Shown piece by piece: positions 22,478 through 33,230 of a DNA stretch of 64,000 bases. Within the stretch, counting starts at the first letter, position 1, and every line of letters begins with the position of its first letter. Below the pieces are notes generated by a model, which was given only the letters and a program-made list of their open reading frames with translations, ran no database searches and was not told the DNA's origin. Source of the stretch: Camelus ferus (taxonomy: Eukaryota); assembly GCF_009834535.1 (NCBI RefSeq), contig NC_045704.1, positions 17,112,001-17,176,000 of the forward strand, written 5' to 3'. Made by a program: the position numbers and the translations under genes.

Positions 22478-23569
22478 CTGTGTCTGAGTAACAAGTCTTG
22501 GGTCTCCCTTTCACCCCTGAGGATAAAGAGGGTAAGATAAGGGAAATGGAGGCACGGAGGGGCAGGGAAGAAACTGGGAGAAGGAGGAGGATAGTGATGC
22601 AGGAAGAAGAAGGGAAAGAAAGAGAAGTGGAAGTGGAATGGGACCTAGGGAAGGAAGGAAGGAGGCCCCGAGGACAGAAGGAGATGGGAGAGGGTGGGAG
22701 AGGAAGAGGGAACACAAATGGTGGTAAATGGGTGGAGAGAATTAAGGGGAGGCTGGAGGAGAAAGGAGGTGATTGGAACAGACTGGAGAATGAAGAGAAG
22801 AGAGCAGACTGAGGGTGTCAAGAAGAGGGACTCGGACTGGGGAAAAGAGAAAGAGGATGGGAGATGGAGGGAGGGAGGTGAGGGAAAGAAATCAGAGAGA
22901 CAGAGGTTGTTCTGGCTTTTATAAAATTTAGAGATTCCCACAGGGCTTCCCATGGGAAGGTGTTTGAATGGGGATGAAGGGGAATGGCAGGAAGCAGAAG
23001 AGAAGAGGTAAGAGAAATCATAACATAGCTCCCCAGGATGGGACAGCCAGCTGCCTCCAGCATCCTAAAAGGAGCTCAGAGAGAAGGGCTCCTGGGGCTC
23101 AGAGAGAGGTACCCAGAGCCAGGCTGAGGTGTGGAGACAGCCACAGTGGGGAGGGTCCTGGAGGAGGTGGGAGGAGGAGCTGGCAGACTCCTCAATGGTA
23201 TGGAGACTTTCTAAGGCCAGAAAGGTGGGAAGGAGTGGGGAATCAAGGACCAGGTAGAGGGAAGAGGCTTAGAAAGGGGCAGAGGAGGAAGGGCCTGCTA
23301 ACTGGAAATGGCCAGAGCAAATGGAGGAACAGCTGGAGGGCTATGTGAAGGTCACAGGCATCTTGCAGATGGGCCCTCCCTGCATTATGCACATCCAAAG
23401 TTCAGAAGCTGTCTTAGGCTGGCTCTCCCAGAGCATACGATTCAGTTCTTTTAAGAAACATTCACTGAGTGCTACTGTGTGCTCGTACTGTGCTGTGAGC
23501 TGAAGGCACAAAGGTGACCCTCACAGAGACTCTCATCTCGGGGAGGAGGGGGAGGGAAATACAATGAAC

Positions 23570-23920
23570 ACACAGTTACTGATATACACAGCAACACAGA
23601 TGAACCCCAAAAGTAAAGTGAACGAAGCTTGTCACAGGAGACTACTACTGTAGGATTCCATTTATATGAAATTCTAGACAGAGCCAACTTATAGTGACAG
23701 AAAAGCAGAACAGTGGTTGAAAGCAGCTGAGATTGGGAGGAGGGACTGTAGCAAAGGGGTAGAAGGGAACTTTGGAGGGTAATGGAAATGTTCTGCATCA
23801 TGACTGTGGTGGTACTTACATGACCGTGTGTGTGTGACGACCCATTAAACTGTACACTTAAAACTGGTCAGTGTTATTGTATTTAAGTTGTACTGCAATA
23901 AAGCTGACCAAAATAAATAA
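23570..23920 (+). mobile_element. L1MB/MC-type LINE 3' end with polyA signal and A-rich tail
   Basis: ggattccatttatatgaaattctag...ggaactttggagggtaatggaaatgttctgcatcatgactgtggtggt...aaactgtacacttaaaa...ttgtactgcaataaagctg + aaataaataaataaa. Confidence 0.9.
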
Positions 23921-24500
23921 ATAAACAAGCAATTATAAGCCAGAATGTTAAGGCTCAAGATAGGGAAAACTGTGCTCTGTAGAAGTCAAGACGAGGTGGA
24001 TGAGGCAGTGAAGGAGGACATCCAGGAGGAAGTGATGCCTGAGATGAGACCTTAAGGATGGGAGGTGGGGGGGGGGGGTTAAAGCATTTCCACCGAAGGA
24101 CGTCCACATGGAAGCAGGTGAGAACTGAAAAAAGTTCTCCACACAATGCAAAGTAAGACTATCAAGAAATGAGAGTAGAGAAAATCTAGGTCCAAAATAC
24201 AAACGCCATGACCACTGGGAGCACCATGTTGAATAAACCCCACCTGCACTCCCAAGGGCTCACAAGAGGGAAATTGCAAGACAGGACTGAGAATTGCTAA
24301 CCTGCCCGCAGCCGCCCCAGGGAAAGGGATTCCCTCCCCTGCACTTTCAAAACTTCTTTCCTGCTCCCTTCACTGTTGGGATGCTTCTCCCCACTAGGCA
24401 GCAGCCTCTGCAGCCAACCGCCCAATCCCTGCCCACAGCCCACATCTTTCCGAAAGCTTGTTGGCCCCAGCAGATCCCTCCGACCTGGATTCCATGTAGC

Positions 24501-24519
24501 TACTGCCCCCTGGTGGCTG
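24501..24519 (-). promoter_or_regulatory. CTCF motif
   Basis: Reverse complement CAGCCACCAGGGGGCAGTA, a near-consensus CTCF core. Confidence 0.7.
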
Positions 24520-24599
24520 GAGCCATGCATTAGTGAGGATGAAGGGCCAGTCCAGAGGTGAGGCCTAGTCTGCCCCTCCAGAGCCCAGCCCAGGACACT

Positions 24600-25350
24600 T
24601 CCATCAATGTTCCCCCGTCACTGAGGGCCTCCTCCTTGCTAAATCCAACAGGTACTTTTCAATTCTATTGAACTTGCTTTATCTGCAGCACATGGCCACA
24701 ACCATCTTTTGAAAGTCCTCTGCACATCTTAGGAATCTCACTCCGTTGGTTCTACTATCTCGGCTGCTCTCCCAGAGAGAATCATCCCTCCCACAACTAT
24801 CTTTTCTCTGCTGATAACTCCCAACTTTGTCTCTAGCTATCCCTCTCTCCTGAGCTTCAGATCAGATATTCAGCTACCTCCTGGAGGTCCCAAAGGCACC
24901 TTGGAATCAACAAGTCCAACCTGAACATGCCTCTTCCCCATCATGCCTCCCCAACACACACACCTGGGTTTCCTCTCCCCAAAGTAGCATCTGCATCCGA
25001 TTGGCAATCAAGTCGAGAAGAATGGCCCCCAGCCTGACAGCCTCTTCCTCACGTTCACATCCAAGTCAGATTCAAAATCCCATCCAGTTCATTGACCCTT
25101 TCTTCATTTACCTTTTTAACACTAAGATGAACCATAGGAGAACTGCCAATCGTCAACTGGCTTTTTCTTACAAGAGAGCAATTTCACAGAATTCAACCTG
25201 ATATTTTTCAAACCCATTTCCTCTTTTATCCCCTGCCCCCACGGTCCTGGTTCAGGCCTCCACATCTCCTGCTCTGCCCAATGCACCTGCTTCCTACCTG
25301 GCCTCCCAGTTTCCAGTCTGGCCACTGGGGTGGTCCTTCTACAATATGGC
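24600..25350 (+). mobile_element. L2 LINE internal fragment
   Basis: ttgctaaatccaac...ctgcagca..; ctctcctgagcttcagatcagatattcagctacctcctgg..; aagtccaacctgaac; all typical L2 ORF2/3' phrases. Confidence 0.7.
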
Positions 25351-25363
25351 TCTTATGATTGGT

Positions 25364-25469
25364 GGGGAGGGTACAGTTCACAGTAGGGTGCATGTTTAGC
25401 ATGTACAAGGTCCTGGGTTCAATCCCCAGTTACCTCCACTTAAAAAAAAATATTATTAAAAAAAAAAAA
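25364..25469 (+). mobile_element. tRNA(Ala)-derived short SINE, camelid Vic-1-like
   Basis: ggggagggtacagttcacagtagggtgcatgtttagcatgtacaaggtcctgggttcaatccccagttacctccac plus an A tail. B-box GGTTCAATCCC is present. Confidence 0.85.
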
Positions 25470-25779
25470 GAAAGACCAACATGAGTCTGATGAAATCACT
25501 CCCTGCTTCAAATTCCCCATTGCTAACAAGACAAAAGCCAAATCTCTTAGCCAGCTTCTCATGCCCTTTGCAATATCTAGCTCCCCTCCCCATCCAGTCC
25601 CTGCCCACTATGCACCCTATACTCAGACCACCATACTTCTTTCAATCTGCCATCTCTTACCTCCTGGCCTTGGCACATGCAGTTCCCCATAACTAGAGTG
25701 TCCTTCCCACCCTTCTCCCCCTGGCTAACCTATTGGACTTCAAGAACCAGTTCCCATATCCAGTGCTACTATAAATCTC

Positions 25780-26560
25780 CAGTTTATACATTCATTCATT
25801 CAATACACAAGCTGGGGTACCTATATAAGTACGACTTCCATGGAAGGTGCTGGGGATGCAAAGCAGGAGAGGATACAATTCCTGCTCTCAAGAACCAATG
25901 GTATGCCAGGACACAAAACCAGCCAGGAGAAATTCTCTTACATCTTAGAGAAGTCATTCTCCTGAAATTGGAAGGGGCAGTAAATTCAGAGAGAACAGGA
26001 TGAACAAAAGCAGGCGTATGAGGAAGAGCAGGCTGTGTGCAGGCAGGCAGTGGGGTTGCTCAAGCACAAGCTGTGAGAGAAAGATGCTGGAGAGGCCGGA
26101 TGGGGCCCGGTCATTAAGCATCCTTTGATCTCAGAGGCCATGGGAGTTCCATCAAGGGCAGCTTTGCATCTTTGAAAGGAGGCAAGAATAGAAACAAGAA
26201 AAATCAAGAAGTTGTTGCAATAGCTTAGGCAAGAGGTGCTAAAAGCTGGTATTACAACATTGGTATCAGGGACACAGAGGAGGCCACAGGTTTGAAAAAC
26301 CTTGAGGTAAATCGAATCAGCAAGGCTTTATATTTGGATATGAGGGTGAGGGAGAGAGTGGTGTCAAAGACGATGGCCATATTTCTCACTTGGATGCCTG
26401 AGTGGATGGAGGTCCCACTCACCAAGCTGGGGAAAAACAGGAGGCGGCACAGAACTTATTCAATTAAGTTCTTTTTCGAACTTCTTAAGTATGCAGCACC
26501 AGTGAGACATGCCCTGGGTCCAAGAGTCTATATTGGTTCTGCAGTCAATATTAGGATATT
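25780..26560 (-). mobile_element. L2 LINE fragment
   Basis: cattcattcattcaat... tail, gtgctggggatgcaaagc, gttgcaatagcttaggcaagagg, ttggatatgagggtgaggg...tcaaagacgatggcc; the copy continues rightwards after the SINE. Confidence 0.75.
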
Positions 26561-26589
26561 ATTTTTTTGTTTGTTTTGGGAGGGAGGCA

Positions 26590-26700
26590 GTTAGGTTTGT
26601 TTATTTACTTATTTATTTCTTTAATGGAGGGACTGGGGATTGAACCTAGAACCTAGTGCATGCTAAGCACCAGCTCTACCACTGAGCTATACCCTCCCTC
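26590..26700 (-). mobile_element. tRNA(Ala)-derived short SINE, camelid Vic-1-like
   Basis: Reverse complement gggagggtatagctcagtggtagagctggtgcttagcatgcactaggttctaggttcaatccccagtccctccattaaagaaataaataagtaaataaac. A-box and B-box are recognisable. Confidence 0.9.
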
Positions 26701-26999
26701 CCAATATTAGGTATATTTATGTGCAGTATCATGGATACAGGTATGCACTGAAGATTTGGGCATCATCAGCATACAGGTGATAGCTGTAGTCATGAAGGTG
26801 GATGACATCTCTCAGGAAGAACACCTAGAATGAGGAGAGCTGTGGGCCAAGGAAGGAGCCCAGGGGAAGAGCCATATTTCAAAGGTGGGCAGAGGAAGAG
26901 GAGTCCCTACATGGACCAGAGAAGCTGTCAAGGAGGAAGGAGGACCATGAGCGTGCTATGTCATGGAAGCTGTGGCAGGCATCCTCTAAGAGGCCCCCA

Positions 27000-27410
27000 G
27001 TAACCCCCGGCTTCTAGTAGACATGAGCTTGTGTGATCCCCTCCCCATGAGCATGAGCTGGACCTAGTGACTCACTTTTAATAAACAGAACATGGCAGAA
27101 TGATGCAATGTCACTTCTGATACTAAGTTATAAAAAAAGACCACAGCTTCCATGCATGCGTGCATGTTTCTCTTTTCCCCTCCTCTCCTCTCTGTCCTTC
27201 CCTTCTTCTCTGTCTCTCTCTGTTGGATCACTCACCCTGGGGGAAACTAGGTCATGCTATCTGCCCACCCCCATACAACCCAAGCCTTCAGGAGAGACCA
27301 CAACTCCTCAGCTAGGCCGTTCACGGATTTCTGACCTGCAGAAACTGAAATAATAAATGTTTGTTATTTTGAGATGCTAAGTCTTGGGTTGATTTGTTAT
27401 GCAGAAGCCA
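27000..27410 (+). mobile_element. MLT1-type MaLR solo LTR
   Basis: gtgactcacttttaataaacagaacatggcagaa..gtcacttctga..taagttataaaa..; ends ttctgacctgcagaaactgaaataataaatgtttgttatttt..gctaagt..gatttgttatgcag. Confidence 0.85.
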
Positions 27411-27644
27411 AGGGAGGGAAGATTTTCAAAAGAGAGGCACTGGTCAGTGGAATTAAAAACTGCAGATACAGACTGAAACATGTCCTTGGATTTAGCAAGA
27501 GAAGGTCATTAACAAGCTCTGTGCAAATGGTTTCAGTGAGTTGAGACTCAAATTAGAAATGAAGGCTGGGGCTGGTGAGGAGGAGTGCTCTGTGTCCTGG
27601 ACATCTGTTATTTCTGCCTGCCCAGCATCCATTTCCCCATCGTC

Positions 27645-28030
27645 TGTGACAGCTCCTGATTTTTCTCTGAGTAACCACCCATGGCCTACTGCATACGAGT
27701 CCATGAGACTGTCCACAGGCCAAGGGGAGGCCACATGACAAACTGCACCAATCAGAAGCTCTCCCTGAAATTTAAATTGTGAGCTTACGTGACAGGACGC
27801 CTGAACCTGGTTGGAGCTGATTCCTGCAGCCACCAGGGCCCCAAGGAAACTGCCATTCCTTCCTACTATCTCCATCCCTGACACTGCCCTGGTTCCAGTC
27901 CTTTCCAAAGACTGGTTCTTCAGTCTTTCCTTCTACCGTGTATGTCACCTTCATTTCCTTCTAATAAATTCCTTGCTTGCTTAAGTTAGCAAGTCAGTCT
28001 CTGTTGCTTGCAGCCAAACAACCCTGATAC
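27645..28030 (+). mobile_element. MLT1H/J-type MaLR LTR relic
   Basis: 3' end aataaattccttgcttgcttaagttagcaagtcagtctctgttgcttgcagccaaacaaccctgatac is typical of old MLT1 LTRs. Confidence 0.7.
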
Positions 28031-29191
28031 TTGTTCCTTCAAGAATTTTGGCCCTGACCATATCACCTTGTGATTCCCCAGCCTCTGGGCAGCTAGAGGC
28101 TGGGAGGTCAGGAGTATGCCTGGCTTCCAAGGCATGGAGACGCTGGTGCCCCTGGCTCTCCTCTCTAAAAAGTAAATTCTCAATTAAAAAAAAAAAAAAA
28201 ACCTAGGGGAAAAAAAAAAAGAATTTTGGATGGGATGAGGAGGAAAACAAAGGACAGGCAGTAGAGGGAGCAGAGTAAAGGGAGGTAGAAGGTTTTCATT
28301 GGTTTTTAAGGTGGTAGAAATTTGCATGTATTTATAGACTAAGAAGAAGGAGAGAGAAGGAAGGACTGTTGAAAGAGAAGGGAAGAATGATGGAGTAATA
28401 TTGTGGGAGTCATAATAGGATGGATGATGCCTGGGTAGAGAGGTTGGACTAGAACAGAGCCTGGAGAAGTGAAGTAGATCTGGGTGTGAATACCTGTAGG
28501 TCTGAATAGGAAGCTAAAGGAAATCATGACTGATCAGCCTTAATTTTATTTGTTGAGAATGAAAGGTTAGGATTGGAGGATACTCACAGGAGAGTGGTGA
28601 CTGAGAGAAGAGGCTAAGAAGTTGGAGTTGTGCCTATATGCACCACTTCCCCACCATTCTTCTCTGAGTCAATCTTAACCATGCGAACCAAGGTAGATAG
28701 ATGGGGCAGAGGTCAGGGTGTATGGCAATCAAGAGTGTGCTGGTCATTTTCCCTTTGCCCTTCCAGGTCCACCTCCACTCTTCTCTGCCCATACAGACAG
28801 CATCGGTCTGGGCTCCCTTGCCCTCTGACTTTTAACTGGGTCCTCCATGGGAAGCACCAGCAGGACCTTAGAGAGTAGGGGAAGAAAGTGTCTCCTGCTC
28901 CAGCTGTGCATCAGTACTGTGGTTCTGACGGTGGTCATACCCTCCACGATACCAACACCTCTCAGGTATGTTCCGTGGTCTCACAAGGCTCCAGTAATAC
29001 CATTTCCTTTCCCGACCCCAGTAGACCTGTAGTCACAACTTCCTGCTGCCTTCACCTCCCTTGTTCGTTCCCTCAACCTGACCCACACCCTCTGCAAATA
29101 CTGCCTTCATTAAGTTCTCTTCAAAATCACAGCTGTGGTGCCTCTGTTTCCTGCTGGGACTCTGACTATTAGAGAGCTGGCCAGAGAGATC

Positions 29192-29447
29192 AGATGGCTC
29201 AATATGAGGCTCTGGATGGGCAGGGAAGGGAGAGGAGCCAGGAGGGGTCTGGCCAACTGGCAGAAAACAGAGATCAAGGGAGTGGAGCTGTGTCTATGAG
29301 TTGATGTTACAGGTGTGATGGCAGGGGAGGCCTGCCAGGCCTGGAAGGCAGGTGCTGGGATCAGAGCAGGATACGGATTTCAAATATGGAAGACAGTACT
29401 GGGTTGTAGTTAAAATCAGGATTTTTAATTTGGGACCTAGAGAGTCC
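29192..29447 (+). repeat. Left arm of a ~250-bp near-perfect inverted repeat
   Basis: 29200-29447 is the reverse complement of 30208-30455 with only 1 substitution and two 1-nt indels (aligned by eye). Confidence 0.97.
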
Positions 29448-30007
29448 TGTGTTAAGAATCCTGCTCTGCCCCTTTACTAAATGTTACCCATGACTTTTCT
29501 CCCTCCCTCATCCCCCCAAATCATTCAACAATCACTTACCAATGCATACTTCTAGCTACTAGAGGATGGGTCAGATCCAGTCCCTCTCTTAACATGCTCT
29601 GGCTTAGTGAGGGATGTGATCACTGGGGACATCTCAAAGGAACATACAAGGGGCAGTGGGAACTCAGATGAGGCAGACACCGACTCTAGTCTGGCTTCAC
29701 AGAACTGGGCTCCCTAGAGTCTTAGGTCCTCATGTTCTGCCACCCTCTCTTCCACCTCTTCATTGATATCTGTTGACTCCTTGGTCACTTCCCCTCATTC
29801 CTGAAGATTCTAACACATCCCCACGGACTTCCTCTCCACCCTAGTCCCTGCTGTCCTGCTGGGATACTTAACCTCCATGATGATCCATCCTTCCAATTAT
29901 CTAGCCTCTTGGTCTCTTTCCACCTCATCCTTGGTGACCTTCATCCCACTCTAGCCACCCACTCCCATGACCACACCTTGGACTTAGTCATTACCCGGAA
30001 GTGCAGT

Positions 30008-30272
30008 TCACATAGTGAATACTTACTGAGCACTTGTATCACATGCCAGACACTGTGCCAGATGGCTTACATATTTACCCCTCACAAAAACCTGCAGAGT
30101 TGGTATTAGTATCCTCATTTCAAAGATGAGGATACACACTCAGGAAGGTGAAGTCACTTCCCTGAGTGACACATTTAATGAAGTGGCAGAGCCAGGACTG
30201 TAACATGGGACTCTCTGGTCCCAAATTAAAAATCCTGATTTTAACTACAACCCAGTACTGTCTTCCATATTT
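30008..30272 (-). mobile_element. Near full-length MIR inserted in an L2 ORF2 relic
   Basis: tactgagcacttg..ccagacactgtgccag..aagatgagg..gaagtggcagagccagga..aactacaacccagtactgt. L2 endonuclease-like sequence (ccacaccttggacttagtcattacc) lies to the left and resumes to the right. Confidence 0.8.
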
Positions 30273-30463
30273 GAAATCCAGTATCCTGCTCTGATCCCAG
30301 CACCTGCCTTCCAGGCCTGGCAGGCCTCCCCTGCCATCACACCTGTAACATCAACTCATAGACACAGCTCCACTCCCTTGATCTCTGTTTTCTGCCAATT
30401 GGCCAGACCCCTCCTGGCTCCTCTCCCTTCCCTGCCCATCCAGAGCCTCATATTGGACCATCT
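30208..30463 (-). repeat. Right arm of the ~250-bp inverted repeat
   Basis: See left arm; it spans the MIR head plus the flanking L2-like sequence. Confidence 0.97.
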
Positions 30464-30689
30464 TATTTACCCTTGACTTGTTCCATTTATCTCTCTGTAT
30501 ACTCTTTACATTTAATAACTTAATGCTTAAAAAAAAAAACCCAAACAACAACAACAAAAACCTCTTACTCAGTTTAAACAAGTGTTTCCTAACGCCTTCA
30601 TACGTGCTATTCCACCTGTCTGGAATACCCTTGACCATTCTATCCAGCCAAAGACTTCCCACTCTTCCTTCAAGAATGAGCAGAAATTA

Positions 30690-31960
30690 ATCACCAGGGA
30701 GAAGAAAGATAAACCACAATGATATACTACCACATGTCTGTCAGCTTGGCAAAATTAAAAGCATCTGACAATACCAGATACTGGCAAGGACGTGAGGCAA
30801 AGAAAATGCTCATTCAGTGCGAGTGGGAGAATAAACTCGTATAAACACCTTAGAAAAGTGGTTTGTCAGTGTAGTAGGCTGAAAAATGTCCCCCAAAAGA
30901 TGTCCATGGCCTAATCCCTGGAATCTGTGAACGCTATTTTATGTGGCAAAAGGACTTTGCAGATGTGATTAAAGTAAAGATTTTGAGATGAGGAGACTAT
31001 CCTGGATTATCTAGGTGACCCCTAAATGCAATCACATGATTCCTTGTAAGAGAGAGGCAAAGGGATATTTGATACTGACAGAAGAGAAGGCAATGTGAAC
31101 CACAGAGGTAGAAACTGGAGTGATGTAGCCACAAACCAAGGGATGCTAGCAGCCACCAGAAGCTGGAAGAAGCAAGGAACAGATTTTCGCCTAGAGTGGG
31201 GCTGCCAAAAACCTAGACTTGGGCCCAGTGAAACTAATTTTAGATTTCTGGCCCCCAGAACTGTGAGAGAATACATTTCTGTTGTGTTAATCCACCAGGT
31301 TTATGATAATTTGTTACAGCAGCCTTAGGAAACTAATTAGGCAGTATCCCAAACCTGAACATTCTAGCCCATGTCCAGCAATTCTCCTTCTGGGTATATC
31401 CCAACAGAAATGCAAGCATTTGTTTTTTTTTTTAAAAATGCTTAGGAGTGTTCACAACAACATTATTTATTACAACTCCATGCTGCTAACAACCCAATGT
31501 CCATCAACAGTGTAATGCATGAGCTATCTATGAGGTATTCAAACAATGAATACTATACAGCAATAAAAATGAGTCAACTACAAATAAACACAATGTGGAA
31601 GAATCTCACAAACACAATGCTGAACAAAAGAAAACAGACGCAACAGAAAACATATTGTATGATTCCATTTGTATCAAGTTCAAAAAGAGATAAAATCACT
31701 GAGTGACATAAAACTAGAAAAAGCAGAAGAAAAGCAAGGAACTATTACTGTAAAAGCCAGGACAGTGTTCCTAGCTAGGGGGAGAGAGGGCTTGCTTATG
31801 ATCAGGAGGGAGTGCATGACAGAGGGAGTGGGGAGACTTCTGGGGTGCTGGTAATGTATGTCTCATTATGGAACACACAAGTGTTTTACAACAGCTTATT
31901 AACTACATTTGTGTTTTATGCACTTTTCTGAATGTTAATAGTTCACAATTAAAAAGTATC
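30690..31960 (+). mobile_element. L1ME-type LINE 3' fragment interrupted by an MLT1 LTR
   Basis: gatatactaccacatg..ggcaaaattaaaagcatctgacaataccag..ggcaaggacgtg.. then, after the LTR, ccagcaattctccttctgggtatatcccaacagaaatg..gaatactatacagcaataaaaatg..tgtatgattccatttgtat. Confidence 0.85.
30870..31339 (+). mobile_element. MLT1C-like MaLR solo LTR (470 bp) with 5-bp target-site duplication
   Basis: Starts tgtagtaggctgaaaaatgtcccccaaaagatgtcc and ends ttgttacagcagccttaggaaactaatta. Flanked by gtcag (30865-30869) and ggcag (31340-31344). Confidence 0.9.
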
Positions 31961-32699
31961 TTGGTGGTGGTGGCGGTAATTTTTAATAAAATGAACAGGG
32001 AGTTTCCCAATCCATGAAGCCTTCCTGGGCCTCTTCACCCAGGGTCATCTGGGCTCCTCCAGCCTCTGATGCTTTTTCAGTCAATGACCACTCTGGACTG
32101 TGACCTACAGTGTCCCAGTCTGGCTCCCTCACCAGAACAGGAGCTGTCCAGTGCAAGCACCCAGGCTAGCATCCTCTTATGGTCCCCAGTAAAGGCCAGC
32201 CAGCCCAGGGTCTGGCACCTGGGAGGGCTCGTGGAACGTGTCCTGCTGTGTCCCAGGCATACTGGGCTTGCCTCACATTACCACCTTATATTGTCATTGT
32301 CAGGGCCCTGTGTGTCGGTCACTGTGGTAGCAGAGGACTGCTGACTGAATGAGGGTGTGGCTGATTCTACATTGCCACTTACCTTTATCTCTGTCCATCT
32401 GTCTCTCTACATCCTGTTCAGGAATGTTCCCTAAGGCCTCCTCGAGGGCGGTTCTCTGACAAAAATGGCCTCTCTCTGTCATTCTGTTGAACTCCCATCC
32501 ATCCTTCAGGAGCCAGCTCCAGGCTCCTCTTCTCTGTGAAACCATTTCCCGCCTTTCTCTGAGCTCCCACAGGCCCCTATTTCCCTTGGCTGCAGCCTGT
32601 CCCTGTCCCGCCCCATAGAATATTTCTCCACTTCTGAAGCTCTTTGATCTCCCTGGGTTGTCCTCGTGGCCTGGGTCTGACCCACTTCTGGGCCTCAGC

Positions 32700-33230
32700 A
32701 CTCTGTCAGACACCCAGCGCGGGCTCTGGCAAGCCCAGGTGAGCTCCACAGCGCAGGCGCTTAGGAACGCTCTGGAAAGCGCGAGACATCGCCTCAAGGT
32801 TCCCGCCAACATCAACTCCTGGCATATACTGCGCCTGCGCGGACTCCGGCGGCCTCCAGATTAGGCTTCCTTATTTCCGGCAGGCACTGGCTATGAAGGA
32901 CGCACCCCCGCGCCCCGGGCCGCCAACCGCGCCCCCAGCTTAAAATACGGCGCGCGAAGGGCCTGAAGAATGAGGTGGGGCCCGCGGGTGGGATGGCCTA
33001 CTCGGGCGGGGCTGAAGTAGGGGGCGGGGCTTCAGCAAGGAACAGAATGGAGGTGGGGGAAGGGCCAGGTTCCGAAATGTTGTCCACTAAAGGGGCGGGG
33101 CCCACCATTCGTAAATTGGGGGTGAGGGGGACAGGCAAGCCCAGGGCCAGCGGCAGAGGCGGATGCCGGAATTCAGCCCAGGGGAGGAGGGGACAAGCAG
33201 CAGCTCCCAGCCCCAAGCGCGGGAAGCCCC
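32700..33230. promoter_or_regulatory. Small CpG island / promoter (candidate distal POU2F2 promoter)
   Basis: CpG-rich, with two NRF1-type motifs (gcgcaggcgc 32751-32760, tgcgcctgcgc 32830-32840), an ETS-like ttccgg and GC boxes ggggcgggg at ~33021 and ~33093. Confidence 0.75.

Larger units (their letters stand above)
1..32900 (-). other. POU2F2: Inferred 5' regulatory region / long first intron(s) of POU2F2 (Oct-2); no POU2F2 coding exon is visible in the window
   Basis: Inference from synteny only. In mammals POU2F2 lies immediately downstream of DEDD2 on the same strand, with distal non-coding first exons close to the DEDD2 3' end. The CpG islands and minus-strand donor sites here fit that layout. 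No POU or homeodomain coding sequence and no MVHSSMGAP exon were found. Confidence 0.6.

Noticed and set aside
22947-22958. EBF1-type palindrome TTCCCATGGGAA (similar motifs at ~41856 and ~59195)
   Set aside because: Short motif with comparable copies in non-B-cell genes in the window; no supporting context.
25364-26700. tRNA-like sequences as real tRNA genes
   Set aside because: They have a degenerate cloverleaf, no acceptor-stem closure, and A-rich tails, so they are SINEs rather than tRNA genes.
28320-28327. Octamer ATTTGCAT (possible Oct-2 autoregulation)
   Set aside because: A single 8-mer in 64 kb is about chance expectation, and it lies inside a decayed L2.
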